NCBI RefSeq assembly: GCF_009834535.1
Contig: NC_045696.1
Span: 59,956,001-60,020,000, forward strand
Source of the DNA: Camelus ferus
Taxonomy: Eukaryota
DNA length: 64,000 bases
Direction of reading: 5' to 3'
In this document: positions 13,901-29,019 of the stretch, piece by piece
Layout of the letters: each line of letters begins with the position of its first letter
How positions within the stretch are numbered: position 1 is the stretch's first letter
Program-made: the position numbers and the translations under genes
The notes under the pieces: generated by a model
Told to the model about the DNA's origin: nothing
Database searches by the model: none
Seen by the model: only the letters and a program-made list of their open reading frames with translations

Positions 13901-16900
13901 TCACGCCAACCCCACAGCCATCCTCTGGTCTTGCTCTCTGGCCTCTTTGTTGCTGATCAGGGCCTTCCTCTAGCCCTCCTGCCCTTGGCTTCCTAGACAC
14001 TGCACCATCAACTCCCCCCTCCTCTCTGGCTGCTCAGATTCCACCTCCTCTCCTGTCGTTGGATGAGGTCAAAGGTGACATTCTCCCCCTGTGGAGATTT
14101 ACCCAAGTTCCCTGCATCTGCTTGGACAACTCACAACTACCTCCCCTACCTGATCTGTCTCCTGAGTTTTGGTCCCAGGTCCCGACCAAAAGCCAGATGT
14201 GTCTGCCATCACCCCGAAACTCAACTTCTCCAAAGCTGATACACCATCTTCCCCTCCAGATTTCCCCATTTCTTACAATGGGACCATTAAATGCCTTGTC
14301 TGGAAACCTTGGAATTATATTTTTTTCATCTTACTTCCCTGGTCCCCCAGTAGCACCCATCCAGTCCCAAAATATCAGTTGTCTCTTACAGTCCATTCCC
14401 AGGACCTGTGTTGAGCCAGAGCCTCCGAGCAATGTTACACATTAACCTCCCCTTCCTAAGCCCTCTCCAGGTGAGCAGGGCACCCCTCTCCCGGCCACGG
14501 CCTGCCTTCTGCCACCCCAGGGTGCTGTGTTCTGTGACGTTTACTCCAGCTGTTCCAGGTGAGCCACATACGTGAACAGGTGACCACGCTACGTGAAGAG
14601 CAGCCATCCAGAGACTCTGGACATACGTGTCAGGAGCAATGGGGAAGGGAGCTGTCACCAAGCCCAAAAGCTCTGACTCTGTCCAGGTCCCAGGAGGCAA
14701 GCCTTCTGGTTTTTGTGGGGACTGACCACTCCAATCAGGGCTGGGGCTGGGGATGACTTTGTCGGGGTGGGAGCTCGGTGGAGAACTTACCAAAGCTGCT
14801 CTTCTCTCAGAAAGCAGCAGAGATCTGAAGCTGAGAGAAGAGAGGAGGGGGGCAGTGCCCAGAGTAACCAGAGCTCTGCACCTGGCACATACTCGGCTCT
14901 CTGTGAGGAACGAGCGAGTAGAGACACAAACAAAATCAGGGCTGGGTACCAAGAAACCTCCCTCACAACGTCTCATCTTCAATCACATCACTCCCAACTC
15001 CACCGACTGTTTAATATGCTTTGGAATCTAACAAGCATCTTCTTTTAATCTTACAACTATGGGAAGCATTAAGGGGCTAGCTTAAGTGAACACATTTAAT
15101 TAAATCACCTGCCATGTGCTGAGATCTGAGGACACTAATGGGAACGGCAGGGAGGGTGGCAGCAGGGCCAGGGGTCGTCTGACAAGTGGCAGGAGGGCGG
15201 AGGAGGGGAGAGAGGCAGGGGCGGTCAGTGGGATGGTTACTGGAGGACCTGGGCAGCCAGGCCTGGAAGTCAGTTCGGGAGACCTGGGACTTGGAAATGG
15301 CAAATAAAGAGTAGTAGTCCAAGAAAAGGGGAAGCGGAATGGAGATGGAAGACCAGATTCCACAGCCTTTGAGAAAATAATTAAAAACTGGCTTTTCCTA
15401 AGAGTGAAGACAGATGTGCTGACTTGTTCGCCTCCAATGTCTGGCCCCAGATAGCCTGGGGCTGGGGGAGAAACAGGAGTCACGGAGTAAGGATATTGTT
15501 TCTCTGTTTAAGGACATGAGCCTCCAGCCTGTGGGGCAATTTGGTTTCTGGGGTTGGGTGGAGTCACACCCCGGGGCTACCAGGTCTGACAAAAGAGGAA
15601 GGTCACTCAAAGGACCAAAACCAGCTTCCACCCTTCCCAACCACCTCCAGAGTGCCCCTGGGTCCCCTTGAACAGCTGTCCCACCCCACCTGGACTTTTA
15701 TGTACTTGCTAAGGTGGCTCCATAGGGAAGCCATTGGGAGCCAGGGAGAGCTTTTCTAGGCGCCAGCTCCAAGCAAGGTGAGCCTGGCACACAAAACGAG
15801 CGTGGATGGTAGAGCTCACGGTCATGGTGGCCAAATACAAATCCAGCTTAGAGGGTGCACTGCTGAGAAGAGAAGACAGATGAGAAGGGGCCACTACAGA
15901 ATAAAAGCACCAACAGATTACTGGACAGAAAAGATGACTGGGAGGAAATACATAGCACCTGGACTTTGGAAGGAACCCCAGAGGCTAGCTTATCCAAGCT
16001 CCATCCAGTGCAGGGATCTTTCATCTGGCACCCCCACAACGTGGGCTTGGGACCCCCACACAGACTCCCTGCCACACCTGACAGCCTGCTCACTGCTGAG
16101 CAGAGATCCTTGTTAGAAAATTCTTCCTTGCGTTGAACTCAAACCTGCTTCCTTGTGGCTACCAAGAACATGCCCTGGAACAGCCAGAGGCGTCCACTCT
16201 CCTTTCAGTAATGATGTCTGAGGTCAGGTAACACGCTTCTGCCTGCGGTGCTGCTCCTCCTGGTTAACCTTTAACCACTCTGAGGGGATGTGGTTTTCAC
16301 ACTTGGCACCATCCACTCACCCGTCTCTGCTCTCTTGCTAACACCGTCTGTCTTAAACACGGCCCAGGAGGAAGATGCATTCCCTGAACGTGGTCTGGCT
16401 GCAGAGGACGGCGGGGCTGGGACTGCGGCCTGCAGGCCCTGGAGTGCAGTCCTGTTTGGCAGCTGAATCTCCCAACAGGCTTGTGTTAAGCCTCTGGGTC
16501 CCCACATCCATTTCACAGTGACTGGGTTACACACAGGGGCCAAGGCAGAGCATCACAAGGGTGAGAGGGAGGCTCAGGGATGCCCTATGGGAGGGGGCAG
16601 GAAGGGCCTGGAACACAGCGTCCTAGGAATCTGAGAAAAGCCGACGTCCCACCCAGCTGCCTTAGAGAACACGGGTGGGGGCCTGCCTGAATGCGGGCTG
16701 GCCCGTTCACCTTGGCTTCCCCGTTTGGAGGCAAGGCTCACAATACTCTCTCTGGTAAAAAGTGTTCAAACACAGGGGAGGCCTAGACAAGATGTTCTCC
16801 AAAGAGCAGTTTCACTGAAGACAGAAACACTAGCTTTAGATAACATGATTTTCTGACCTTGATGTCAGTCTAAGTAAGATCGACGGTCCCCCAAATACCT

Positions 16901-19224
16901 GGGTCCTCTAGCTGGGTGTTGACACAGTCCACGGGCCTTCGTTGTCACTGAAGAATCACCAGCCACATGCCCCCTCACTGCAGAAAAGGATGTACTGTCT
17001 GAAAAAGTGTCTCCCCAGCACTTTCTGCGAGAGCTGAACACCAGAACCCATGGCTCCGAGGCGCCCTGATTTATGAATGACAAGGCAGGTACGGAGTTCC
17101 CATCTCACAGACAGAGAAGCCGAGGGCAAAGACAAGCATGCTCACTCAAAGGGCCGGGATCCAGCAGCACACTGACTGAGCGACGGTACCCGTCGTCCCC
17201 CTAGAGAACCCGAAGGCTGCCAGAGCCATGTCATAACTGTGTCTGATAAACAGGAAACTCTTAGCTCCAGAGAACAGCACAGCTGCCTCCCCCGGGACTG
17301 ATTCAGTTCTGGCTCTACTACTGGCAAACTGGGTCACGTGGGAAACTGAAATGGTCCTTAGACCAGGACTTTGCCCGCTTTGGAAGCACATTCCTCCCAC
17401 TTCTCTGCTCCTGTGTGGCCACAAAAGATGGCAGGCACTTTAATGTCAAGGTTAAAAACTCTATCTTTGGAGCCAGGAGACGGGTACAGTTCCATCTTTG
17501 GCTCTGTCATTTTTAGGTGTAAGACCTTCAGGGAGTGACTCAACCTTTCTAGACTTATTTCCTGATCAAAAGAGGACAGTAAAGCCACCTTCAAAGGATT
17601 AAGTAAAATAAGCCCAGTGAAGTGCTTGGCATAGAGCCTAGCTCTCACGGAGCGTTCAGCCAACAGCGATCAATAACATCAGTGGCCACAGAGCCTCAGG
17701 GCAGACGTGGGGAGGCAGAGACCAAGGTGACCCCTCGAAGAGGAAGCACGCTGGGATTCAACCATGGGTCCTACAGGGCCAGACCTTTCACAGAGTTTGC
17801 GCGCTCCCGCTGGTACCTTACATTGCTGTGCAGGCATCTGCCGTCCGACGGCAGTGCTGCTTAGGACAGGAGCTGGGGCTCAGTCATCTGTGCATCCCAC
17901 AGCAGCTAATGAGGCATCCTACACACAGCAGGTGCCCAACAAACTCCCCAAAATCCTAACTAAAATACCCTGCACACTGACCTTTCAGGCAAGCACAGAG
18001 AGGAAACAGTTCGGGGAAGGAAATGAGGAAGGAAAGGGGGCTGGCCTGACCAGCCAAGGGGCAGACCCTACCGTGGACCTGAGCTTGGGGACCGAGGAGT
18101 CTCAGTTCCAAAAAGGCACATAAGGAAAAACAAGGTGGGATGTTCTCTCTGTGATGTGCTTCGCCATCATGCTGACATTCAAGCCTATTTCTGTAACTCT
18201 GTAACAATATACACGTTCTCATTAGTAGTTTATTGATTATGCTTCCATCCGGGCTTTGCAATGAAAGATCTTTTTAAAAAAAACTGTCTATGGTTCAACG
18301 TAAGGAAAGCAAAAATACTGTATTTCTCCCCTTGGGGGAAAAGAAGTCTTGGCCTGTGACTCAGGATTTAGACGTTCATCTGGAGCCCAAGCCCCAGCAA
18401 CGTGCGGCGGAACACGTCCGATGCAGACTCCATGGAGAGGCCAGTCCGAACTGAAGAAAAACGTTTGTAGTACATGAGGCTCAACCAAATGAGTTTTCTA
18501 CTTTTATAGGAGAAACAATCAATAGTCAAATACCAAACTTAATTGATAGTCATAATTTCACATGGTTCCATCTAACGTTTACAAACAGGTTGTTCTATTT
18601 GTCTTCTAGCGGATCAACAAGCTCAAATCAAATCCCTGAGGATGGGGACTTTTTCTTATCTTTCCTTAATTTTCTCCATCATACCTGTCACTGAGCCCTA
18701 ACCAGGCATGCTGTAAACATTCCCACATTGGAAAGTATTGCCAAGTAATAGTCCTTCTGGTTCCACTGTAGTGGACATGTGAAGCACTGTGAATGACGTG
18801 GAACCTGGTATAGCGGAAGGGTGGTGGAGCCAGGCAGACCCTGGGGTCCTGAACTTCAGAAGCATAAAGGAATCAGCGAGAACAAAGCATCTGTTTGGTC
18901 ACCAAATGTTCAAGGAGAGTATGTTGTGTGCAGGCAGTGAGCTCGGTGCTGGGGATACATGGTTGTGACGAAGCAAACAGACGTGGTTCCCTGCCTTCGA
19001 GGAGCTTCCTGTCTCAAAGGGGAGGCAGACGTCGCTCAAGGAGTAGCTCAAATAAAAATAAAATGTAACTGGTGTTGATGTGACCAAGGGCCTGCTGCAC
19101 AGGACTCTGACCTCTTTGGGAAGATCAATAAAGGAAGGCTTCCCTGACACACAGACAAGCAAGCAGAGGTCCAAAACATAAGCAGGCAGAGATTAAACAT
19201 CAAAAAGAAAACCATGCTCAGGGG

Positions 19225-19480
19225 AGAAGGAGGGATGCATGGGCAGTGAAAATGCTCTGTATGTTGCCACAGGGAGACATGTCATTAGGTATCTGTCCAA
19301 ACCCATGCAAAGTGCACCACCAAGAATGAACCCAAAGTCAACTATGGACTTTGCCTGATAATGCTGTGTCAACAGTGGTTCATCGATTATGACAAATGCT
19401 CCATCCTGGTGAGGGATGTTGGTAGTGGGGGAGGCTGTGTATGGGGGAGGGGCACATGGGAACTCCGGTGTATTTTATGT
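19225..19480 (+). mobile_element. L1MC-like 3' fragment
   Basis: GGGCAGTGAAAATGCTCTGTATG...CCAAGAATGAACCC...AACTATGGACTTTG...GGGGCACATGGGAACTC. Confidence 0.6.
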
Positions 19481-22021
19481 TAAACAATTTTATTTTTTAA
19501 GAGCAGTTCTACAGCCACAGTAAAGTCTATTAATTGAAAAAAAAAAAGAAAAAGAAAAAGAAATGCAGGAATACAGGGGAGGAGTATTCCAAGCAGAGGA
19601 AACAGCGTGTGCAAAGAGCCTCACATGAGTCAGAGTAACAGATTCAAGGTCACTGTGGCTGAAATGCAGAGGCCAGGGTGGAGGCTGGGACGCCCAAGAA
19701 TAAATCCTTCTCATTCCTCTTTGCCAAGTGGGCATTTAAAGCAAAAAGGAGGCCATAACTTGAAATGACATTCTTGCCAGGTATGGAAATCCAGCCTCAG
19801 TCATCGCAGGGGCCTCCTAACCTTCCCAGCATCAGCCTTCCCTGCTATCATCAGCCAAGGGCGCCAGGGTGTGCAGACACCTTCCAAGCAGGGGACGGAG
19901 GTTTACATTAGAGGATGAAAAGCCACAAACTCTCACTCGTACCCTGTTGACAATTCTGAGTTGTGACTCCGTCTGTGCCCACCCTCGTGTGGAACAGGCA
20001 GCTGTGAGCAGGGCAGTGAAGCCTACGTACAGCACAGTCCACGGGCAGAAGGCCAACCAGGGAAATGCCACTCCAGGGGCCAAAACAGCTGAGTGATTCA
20101 CAAGCACACATTAAACCACAACCATCTGTGAAATAGAAAGCCCAGGAGAACATTTACCACCTTCGACAAAAACACTGAGCAGGCCTGGGTGGGGGGGCCT
20201 GCGTAGCTGCCACACAGCCCCCAGCTCCATGGGCCGCAGGGACATCTGACACTTTCACAGGCTTCAGAGACAGTGAACCAGAGGAAGGGCAAGCAGGTGA
20301 GGTGTGTGAAGCGCAGAAACCGTGGTGCGTTCGGCCAGTAGAAATAGTTCACACTGGCCAAGACAGATCACCCGGACTGCGTGAGCACAGGACTCATGGG
20401 GGCGCCCCATCGCGGGACATAAAGGCGTCAGGGCGGCTGCCTTCCTTGAGGAAAGAAAAGCAATTTCCTGTATTTTTCAACCCATGCTTGGAAAAATGAC
20501 AAGTCTGAGGTCTAAAAGAAATCCGGCAACAAGTGGAAAGAAGCCAGATCAACTTCGAAGGAGGCTGGGCAGAGTGAGAACCTCTAAGAGCTGAGCCTGC
20601 CTCCAGGGACCAGGAACTCTCCACCCGCTACTGGTATCTGGGCAGCCCCTGCCCAGCCTGAAGCTCAAGCCTGAACCACGAGAGACAAAAAGCAAAGTCA
20701 AAGGCTCTGGGCACAGGGGCACAGGGCTGGGACAAGCTCTTTGTGAAATGGAGCAGCCTGGAGAGCCTCCCCTCCATCCCCAGAGAGGTCAGCGGGAGGT
20801 CAGAAGAGGCACAGCTTGAATCAGGACAACAGGGCTCTAAATCGAGTTCCCCCACTCTGCACGGTACCAGGTGATACACAGGGCTTGGACTTTAGAATCA
20901 GCTGGACCTGGTTCAAATCCTGGCTCCAACCCTAACCAACAGTAAGTATAATGCACCCTGTAAACTGGGGACAAGCACCACGAATACGCTGAAGGACTGT
21001 CATGAGAATCAGAGACAATGGATACAAGACATCTGGAGCACGGATGACTGTCGAGCACGGTGGTCATCATTCTGCTTCCAGAGGCCCGCAGAATCCGTAT
21101 TCCTGCAGAACGTCTTGCTGGAGGAAGCTGTCCCTCCAGCCCCTCCGGGGCTGTGGTCTCCATTTCAGATTAGGATGCTCTCACCAGCAGAGGAATAAAG
21201 GACCCAATCTTTATGCCAAGACTTTTTACTTCATTTGCTTTGAGACTTACTCATCCACCTATTTCTGAGAGGACATACCACGCTTTAAAAATTTAGTAAA
21301 CAGTGCAAAATTAGGTAATCAAGATTAAAACAGAAAGTCTGTCTGAGGGATACAGAGGATAAATGTTGGGGTGCTAGAAGCTGATGCCAAAAGGGAAACA
21401 GGCTGGGGGAAAGAGATCTGACTTTCTGTCCAACGGGAGAAAGGACCAGTAGAATCTGTGCGGCCAGGAGGTACCCAGCCAGGCTCAACTTCGCAGGGAA
21501 CTCCTTTAACCTGAGAGCCAGCAAAGTGGTGACTGGCCACTTGGAACAGAGTTCCTGGCCCATTCCACCCTCTGTCTCCCCAGGCCACAGGCGCTCCCTG
21601 TTTTGGAGGAGACCAGCCACGGGTCCAGTCTGAACCACTCATCACACTCCTGCCTACACAATTCCAGAGTAAACAACTTAAAGTTAACCTCTAGAAAATC
21701 TCAGGAGAGCGATAAAAGTGGTAAGGGGAGAAACTGTCACTCTGACCAAGAAAAAGTATGAACAGCTTTAAAAATAGGTTTCTAGGTAAAGGTAAAAAGT
21801 TAAGGGCAGGCATCCCCTCATTCCAGCCCAGCCCAGCGCAGCACTGGGAAAACGGCCGCAATGAGGACAGGGGAGTTCATTCCTTAGCTGTGGACACCGC
21901 TCGGTGGCCTCTCCTAACAATGGGGTTTTCTAAGGGGAAAGATGGCAGCTCAAACCTTCCACTCGTAGGGCTCTATTTATCCTAAATAGAGTCCTAAATA
22001 GAAACAAACTGTTTCCTTCTC

Positions 22022-22023
<2 letters not shown>

Positions 22024-22057
<34 letters not shown>
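22024..22057. repeat. (CA)17 microsatellite
   Basis: Perfect dinucleotide run read directly. Confidence 0.97.
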
Positions 22058-22060
<3 letters not shown>

Positions 22061-24981
22061 CAAAAATCAAAACAAACAACAGCTTCCCAAGAAGCGTTAA
22101 GTCCACCACAGGAGTGGGATTTAAGGCCAGTCACGTGCACATGCCAGTCCCCCAAGCCCCTCAAGTCCGGAACTAGCAGTCCACCCCAGGGACACCAGAG
22201 TGAGAGTGAAGTCAGAACAAAGGGCCCCCTGTGGCTGTGAGATAGGCCTGTTCCGAGCTCCGAGCTCTGTCTCCAGGGCCTGGGGTCAGAGGAAGCCCAG
22301 AGGGCATGGGGCTGCCCAGCCAGCTCCAGCCTGCAGGAGCCGCCTCTCCCACCGCAGATTACATGTCTGCTGGCTCTGTCACATTCAGTTTGCAGGATTA
22401 AGAGGAAGGGCCTTTAATCCAGCCAAATCAGGAGGAGGCAGAAAATTCAGTCAACAGAGAAAGGCATGCTTAGGGCTTTGAAGAAATCTTTAAAAATCTA
22501 ATTATCAGGGAAATCTAATTAATATTAAAAATCTAAATATCATGGAAACAAACAAGAGCTGGGATGTGCTTCAAATAATGGGGGATAAAGTGGTTAGGAA
22601 CGCAAATAAAACAAGATTGGCTACAAACTGGTAACTGTTCAAGATGGACCCTGGGTACACGGGGTTTTATTTCACTGTTCTCCCTACTGTGATATGTTGG
22701 AAATATTCCAACACAAATTTTAAAAATCACACATCTTTATTGTGGAAATTTAAGTAAATATAATAAAAAACAGAAGAAAATAAAAACCACACATAATCCT
22801 ATCACCAGAGACAACTGCTGTTAACACTTCCATGTATTTATTTCCAATCTTTTCCATATTTTTTCTTTTGTTTGCAAAATAGAATCGTATGTCTATACTG
22901 TTTTATCACTTGCTTTCCGTTCCTCTCTTCATTTATCTTCAGTATTTTTCAAGTCCTCAAATACTCTTTAAGGGGACAACTGCTACAGTCTTTCATCCAT
23001 AGGCAACTGTAACCTATTCCCAATATTTGGCTACTATAAATAAGGCTGTGGTGAACCAGGAAGAGGATATTTGTTACAAATAGGTGGTTTCAAGTGAGGA
23101 AGAAATTGCCTGCTATGTACCCAAACACAGACTGACAGCACAAAGGAACAGCAATGGCGAAGAGAAAAGCTGGGGTCTCAAAGACTGCTGAATTCCAAGC
23201 CATTAGTAACTTCCTGGGGACCAAAAGATTAAAACTGAAACCTGCTCTGAAGTGCCTCCTGGCCAACAGTAATCCACAACTGGGTGCAGGCATGGGGGTT
23301 AAGAAATCTGCCAGCATCTCCTCTGAAATGCTCAAGTCTTGAAATACTGAGTTTACCAAGGGAAGGGTATTTTCATGGGTCTGGGCTGGCCCAGGAAGGT
23401 TCTGTGGGCAAAAGAGTGAATCAAATGGCTTCTCACAGACTGTGGTGCCTCAAACATCCCATCTTGACTCATTTAATTCAACAGAATTAACTTAACTGGA
23501 CATTGTGTAGGCCTGTCACTGGGCTCTGTCCTCCAAGCCTTAAAGATGATTTCCTTCCCACAAAAGAAAATCCACAAAATTCCTGAGACAGGAGATGAGA
23601 GAGCACCGACGTCCTCCCTGACTATGTGTTCCTGCCAAGAAGCGGATTTGGCGGAACGTCTGGGAAGACAACACCTCATACAATCAGTCTGAATGCCAGT
23701 CAAAAATGCAATTTTATTTTCTGAAACAAATCCATTTTGGGATGCACCCAAAAGAGTCAGAGCTGAACACATCCTAGCTGTGTCCCACCTGGCTTTCTTG
23801 GGCTGCTACGAAGTGTCAGGGGCCCCTGAATCAAACCATTTGACTCCAGCCAGCGGCTGGGCAGGGGCCGCTCTGTAGCCATCCTGGGTAGGGGGCCACT
23901 GTGAGACCTTCCTCCTCCCAGGAGGCCCCAAAGACACAGGGACGGGCAGGATGACACTGGGACCAAGAAGAGGACTGCAGGAGGCTGTGATGTTTTCCTC
24001 ATAATTTTCTTTCCCCTTACCCGCCTCTGTCTACCATTCTGGTGTTTTATTTCAAACAGGACAATCGTGGCTCTCATTCTGTGGAGGACAGAGGGGAAGA
24101 GGGGAAGTGGATCTGTGACACACTAAGTATAGGCTCTCTGAGGTCAAACATGCAGCCTCTCCTAACAGTTATAACCTCCTTACCCCGCCCTCCCCCGATA
24201 TGAGTCCCAACCACCGCCCTGGTGCTGAGCCCACCTAGATTTTCAAGAAAGCAAGCACCACCAATGACGCATCGCCTATGATGACCACTGTGGGAAAAAT
24301 TTTTAAAGTATGTGTTGGGATAGTAAATTCAAGAGTGATATTTATTTTTATCTTCTGTTGTTATTGGGTTGTTTTGACAGAAGAAAATTATTTTAAGAAT
24401 AAGTTATTACCAACATTCCATTTACATATTTCGCTGAGATTGGAACCTCTCAAAGCATGAGTTCATTTCTGACCTAAGTCTGTGTCCTCCCTCTGGATTC
24501 ATACATCACAGAGAAGCAGGATAAAAACAAACAGAAATGCAAACAAAGATGACGTGCGATTCTCTTTCAGCTGGAGTCCCCATAAGAGCAATCTTTAACA
24601 TTTACCAAAATTGAGCCATAAAGCTCTATAAGATTCTATGCATATGGCTTGACCTTTCCTTTTTTCCCTCGAAAAGAAGCAAAAAAGCCAAATGTAGAAA
24701 CACAGAACAGCTGTCTTCTGGCAAAGACAACAACCCATTGTACACAGCCACACCCCAACACAGACACACACCAGCTCTGAGCCATCCCTGCACTCCGGCT
24801 GGTTTGACTGTTGTAAATTTCCCCAAGGGTCCACTGAGCTCACCCTCTGATGTAAGAGTGGACAGGAGCCACAGGCTGGGGTGGCTCAGAATCTGCCGTC
24901 TCCTGTAGGCTGTGCCAATACCCGCATTGACGCCTCTTCCGTGACCTGCCATGCAGGGACAGGGCCAGAGGGGAAGGTTAC

Positions 24982-25150
24982 CTTGCAGACAGCCGCCTGG
25001 AGCACCGCGTCAAAGCCACCCTCCGGGGCATCGCGGTTCCGGGACACCCTCTGTTTCCGAACTTCCTCATTGAAACTGTCGACTCTGTCTGTGAGAGGCA
25101 GCAGATGGCGGAACCCAAAGGAGGGGACACAGTTGGGGAATAACTTGTAA
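24982..25150 (-). CDS. ITGB5: ITGB5 exon 5 ([20 protein letters not shown]...[19 protein letters not shown]), 169 nt
   Basis: Conserved [11 protein letters not shown] metal-site motif; acceptor TCTCTCTAG| and donor AAG|GTAACC. Confidence 0.98.
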
Positions 25151-25290
25151 CTAGAGAGAAAGAGAAGAAGAGTCACTTTTCCATCACTGTCTCTAAATCT
25201 TAAACAACCAAGTACCCTGTGCATTTACTGAATGCCCTGAGCGACACAAACGAGTATCTACTCAACACCTATCATATGCCCCTGGGACAA

Positions 25291-25328
25291 GGACAGTGGG
25301 GACAACAGAGGACAGTGGGGACAACAGA
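25291..25328. repeat. Perfect 19-bp tandem duplication GGACAGTGGGGACAACAGA x2
   Basis: Copies at 25291-25309 and 25310-25328. Confidence 0.9.
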
Positions 25329-28239
25329 GAACAGTCCCTACTCTCCAAATACAAGCCTTAAACTGTAGGCAAGACGGCATATACCAGGTTGTAAGTAAAT
25401 GCAATGGACAAACGGGTCAAAGGAAGTAGAGATAACAGTGGGCTGCTGTAGTCAGAGGAAGACGTCGTGGAGGAGCCCTGAGGTGGGCCTTGGAAGAGGC
25501 AGGGGACTGGTGTCCAGGCACCGCAGCCTAGGCAGCGCCGAGGGAAGGCTCTTTCAGGCTGAGGAAGGTGGGAGATGCTGAGAGAGGGCAGTGTGAGCAG
25601 AGTGACTCTGGGAATCCAGCTTCCTACATCAATTCTGCTGCTGCACATGACAGAGGATCACAGAACCCCTCAGGTCAACCCACTCAGAGCCCACAGGACG
25701 TGCTGGCACATGGACACACGCTGAATGCAACTGGAATGAAAGAAAATGTTCTTTCTGCTTCTTCACTCATTTTATCAACATTGGAATGACAAACCATCAG
25801 CTCTCCTAGATGCAAAGAAAAATCGTTTAGATACAAACCATCTTCAAATGGAAAACTCTACCTGGGAATTTGGAAAAAGGGAAGTACTGCGTCTCTAGTG
25901 GAGGTTGATGCCATGTCTTTCTCCTGAAATATTGGATGCTCTCATCTTTAGCCTGCAGTAGAGACCCCAAGTGGCGCCATTCCTGGAGGAGGTTAGATCC
26001 TAGCCACAGTTCTAGATTTGGTTGGATATACAGCCAGTGAAGTAGGAAGAGGGGCCTGGCATTGTTTCACAGATGGGTTCACTAAGTAAAAGGGGAGTAA
26101 AAGCAGAGACAGGGAAGAGCGTCCTGGCCAGAGCACATGCAAAGGCCCTGTGGCAGAAGGAGCACCAAGAGCCCCAGGGCAGAAGCAGGCCAGTGAGACT
26201 GCAGTGCAGGGAGTAAGGGCAAAGATGGGCTGTGGGAAGGCTGGGGAGGCCAGCGGGACCAGACTGTGCAGGTCTGTGGCCATGTTAAAGAAGCCTCTCT
26301 TTCTGAACAAAAGATGAAAAACAAACACTAACAGAGAGGCATAAGGGGAAGACTTCATAATCCAACTCAGGCTGTGTGCGTGGGAAGGGAAACACGCTTA
26401 GCAACTGCTAGGGGCTCCCGCCTACCTGCCCAAGAAGGGTGGCCAGGGCAGGACTGAAAGGTTCCCCTACTCCATGAAAGAAGCAACCTCAGGCTTCCTA
26501 AGAGGCCATCTCATCCCCCGTCCGGGCCTCTAGTACCTGTTTCATCAGTCACTCTCAACAAGCCAGCCTGGCCAGTCAGCCCCCCTGCCATCATGGCCAC
26601 AGTGCCCTCCAGACAGGGAGCAGCAGCCAGAGGCTGTCCCCGCTTGCCTTTCCTTTGCTTCGCTCCCTATTCCTTCTCCCCAAACCTTCTCTGCCCCTTG
26701 TGCCTGGACAGCTCAGACTCTTCCATAACCTGTGCCACCCAAACTGTCCGTCCCTGTCTCACTTCGCCACAAAGAGAGCAGGAACTGAGCTGAGGTCCCA
26801 GCCTAGCTGTCCGACAGAGGGGTGGCACAGGAGGAAAGAAATAGACACACATGATCACTCCCCTGGCTCTCCCTCCACAACTTCACCCTCCATGCGGGTC
26901 CCGTCCATGGTGGAGGACTTCAGGTGTCTGAGTGCTGTCATGGTTGGTCGGGTTGGATGAGGAAAAAGGGAGGAGGGGAACAGAACAGTAACTGCTGTTC
27001 AATGAGAAAACCAGAAAAGCTGTGAAAAGCTCGGCTAAGTTAGCTCAGCATTTTCTACCGCTTCCCTTCCCTTCCTGCAAACAGTAGTGAGTAGATCCAT
27101 CTTTACTGTGGAGAACTACTGTTAATAATCAGGAACTACAAAATGTGTTTGCCAGAGAGATGCTTTCATTGCAGAGAATTTAGAATAACCAAACCAGAGT
27201 CACCTCTTGGTGAGAGGAAAACAGCTTTGTCACACAGGGTCTGCTGAATGTCCGCACAGTCCTGTGTGACTAGTTAATTAATTTAACCCCTGGGAGCACT
27301 GTCGGAGTGACCTCAAGATCTGGGTGTTTGAGGGTCTCGTGCCAGGAAGCCCTCCCACCCCTACCCTGTGTCTGTGCCATAGGGCCCCAGGTTAGGGCCG
27401 TGGACTGGGAGTTACTAGATTAAGGATTATGAACCAAGAAGATAAATAAAATATATATGCTTAAAGAGCCTGAGGGATTGCTTGTGTGTGTAAAAATGAA
27501 TCCAATTTGAAGACGCTAGATCTAGGGATCCAGAAAACAATCTAATGCTGCAAGATAACCCTGTGAGTCATCGAGCTGACAAGGAAGGAGCTTCCCTCTT
27601 TCTCTAAACGTAGAGAACTGGTGGGTAGAGTATAGTCTTTAAAAATGTTAATATGTAGCCAAGATTGGAAGCTTAGCAGGGAAATCCCGGGTGCCAGGAA
27701 CCAAGAGGAAACCATTCCACAAATGGACTCAAGAGACCAGGTGGGAAGGGAGCAGGAGCTCCCGCTGAAGGGCCCCCTGGTGTGTTGGGACCTGACAGGG
27801 CCTTGGGGCTGGTTCTAACAGGGATGGAGGAGAGATCGGAACAGGGCTCTGCGTAAAGCTGACTCCTACAAAGAGCTGCCCTGTCATTAAAATCAAAAAC
27901 AGAAAGATTCCAGCCACTGGCCTGGGAAAGAAGTAAGGAAGATGCACTTCAGGCCCAGGGCAAGATGAATCACCCATGAAGATTGTAACTCCAGACCTGA
28001 ACAAGTCAGAATTCATTACTTTTACAGGGAACGAACCCCCAGCTGAGAAATAAAGAGGAAAACTAGTCCCACAGTGAAACGGAGGATCCTGGCAACAGGG
28101 GACATAAAGCCACCCTGCAGGGGAGTCAGCACACCTGAGGCGCGTGATCCCCAGATGGAAAACCATCTGATGAAGAGAAGCTAATGAAAAAGCCAGAGGC
28201 CCCACGAGAAATAAGCCACCATGTTGGAATGTCAGCAAA

Positions 28240-28960
28240 TTCAACCAACTGAAGGAAGCAGATAACAAAGTGTTCTAAAGTACTTTCAAACAAAGATATC
28301 TCAAACACTGAAGGAGAGGAAGGAATAAAATATGCCAGACCAGAATGGGATATTATTAGAAAGGAAAAAAGTCAGAAGTCTATGAAAAGATAGTATGAAA
28401 AACAGAAGTCTGAAAAAGAACCAAATAAAAAAGAAGTCACTGGAATTCAAAAACGAAACTTCAGTGTATGGATTAGAAAACTGAAGAACAAAATGGTAAA
28501 CTGGAAAAAAATTTCCTACTCTGCAGCCAAGGGCAAGAGAGAGGTAGAAAATGGGAGAAAAATTAAGAAGCATGAAGTTTAGAAAGAGAAGCCTGAACGC
28601 ACACCTAGTAGTGCTAGAAAGAAAAATGGAGAGAATCAGAGAAAGGAATCAGATGATGTCTGAGAATTTTCCAGAATAAAGCTGTATTTTCAGAGTAAAC
28701 AAGCAGAGCAAGTTCTGAGCAATGTAAATAAAAGTACTAAATCCAACCCAGCCACCCTGGAGTGCTCAGCATTATAGAACACGGAAAGCACAGGCAAATA
28801 TTAAAAGCTACCAGAGAGAAGGAAACCCATTAGATGGACAGCAGACTTCTCATCAGCTATAAGACACGCCAGAAGACAGTGAAATCTTCAAGGCGGTGAA
28901 GGAGTACATGACCTCTTGGAAGAAATATGAAGGGTAAGAAGAAATATAAATGAGGAAGGA
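28240..28960 (+). mobile_element. Decayed LINE-1/HAL1 ORF1-like fragment
   Basis: A-rich purine strand; ILKATREK, IRWTADFSS and ARRQ* remnants resemble the L1 ORF1 C-terminal region; boundaries approximate. Confidence 0.55.
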
Positions 28961-29019
28961 TGAAATGTATTATCTCACTTGCAAAGATTTTTACATGTGA
29001 CATCCATTGTGTGTGTGTG

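Noticed and set aside
25291..25328. CRISPR-like or other prokaryotic repeat system
   Set aside because: Only a head-to-tail 19-bp duplication without spacers; the window is spliced mammalian DNA with no cas or operon features
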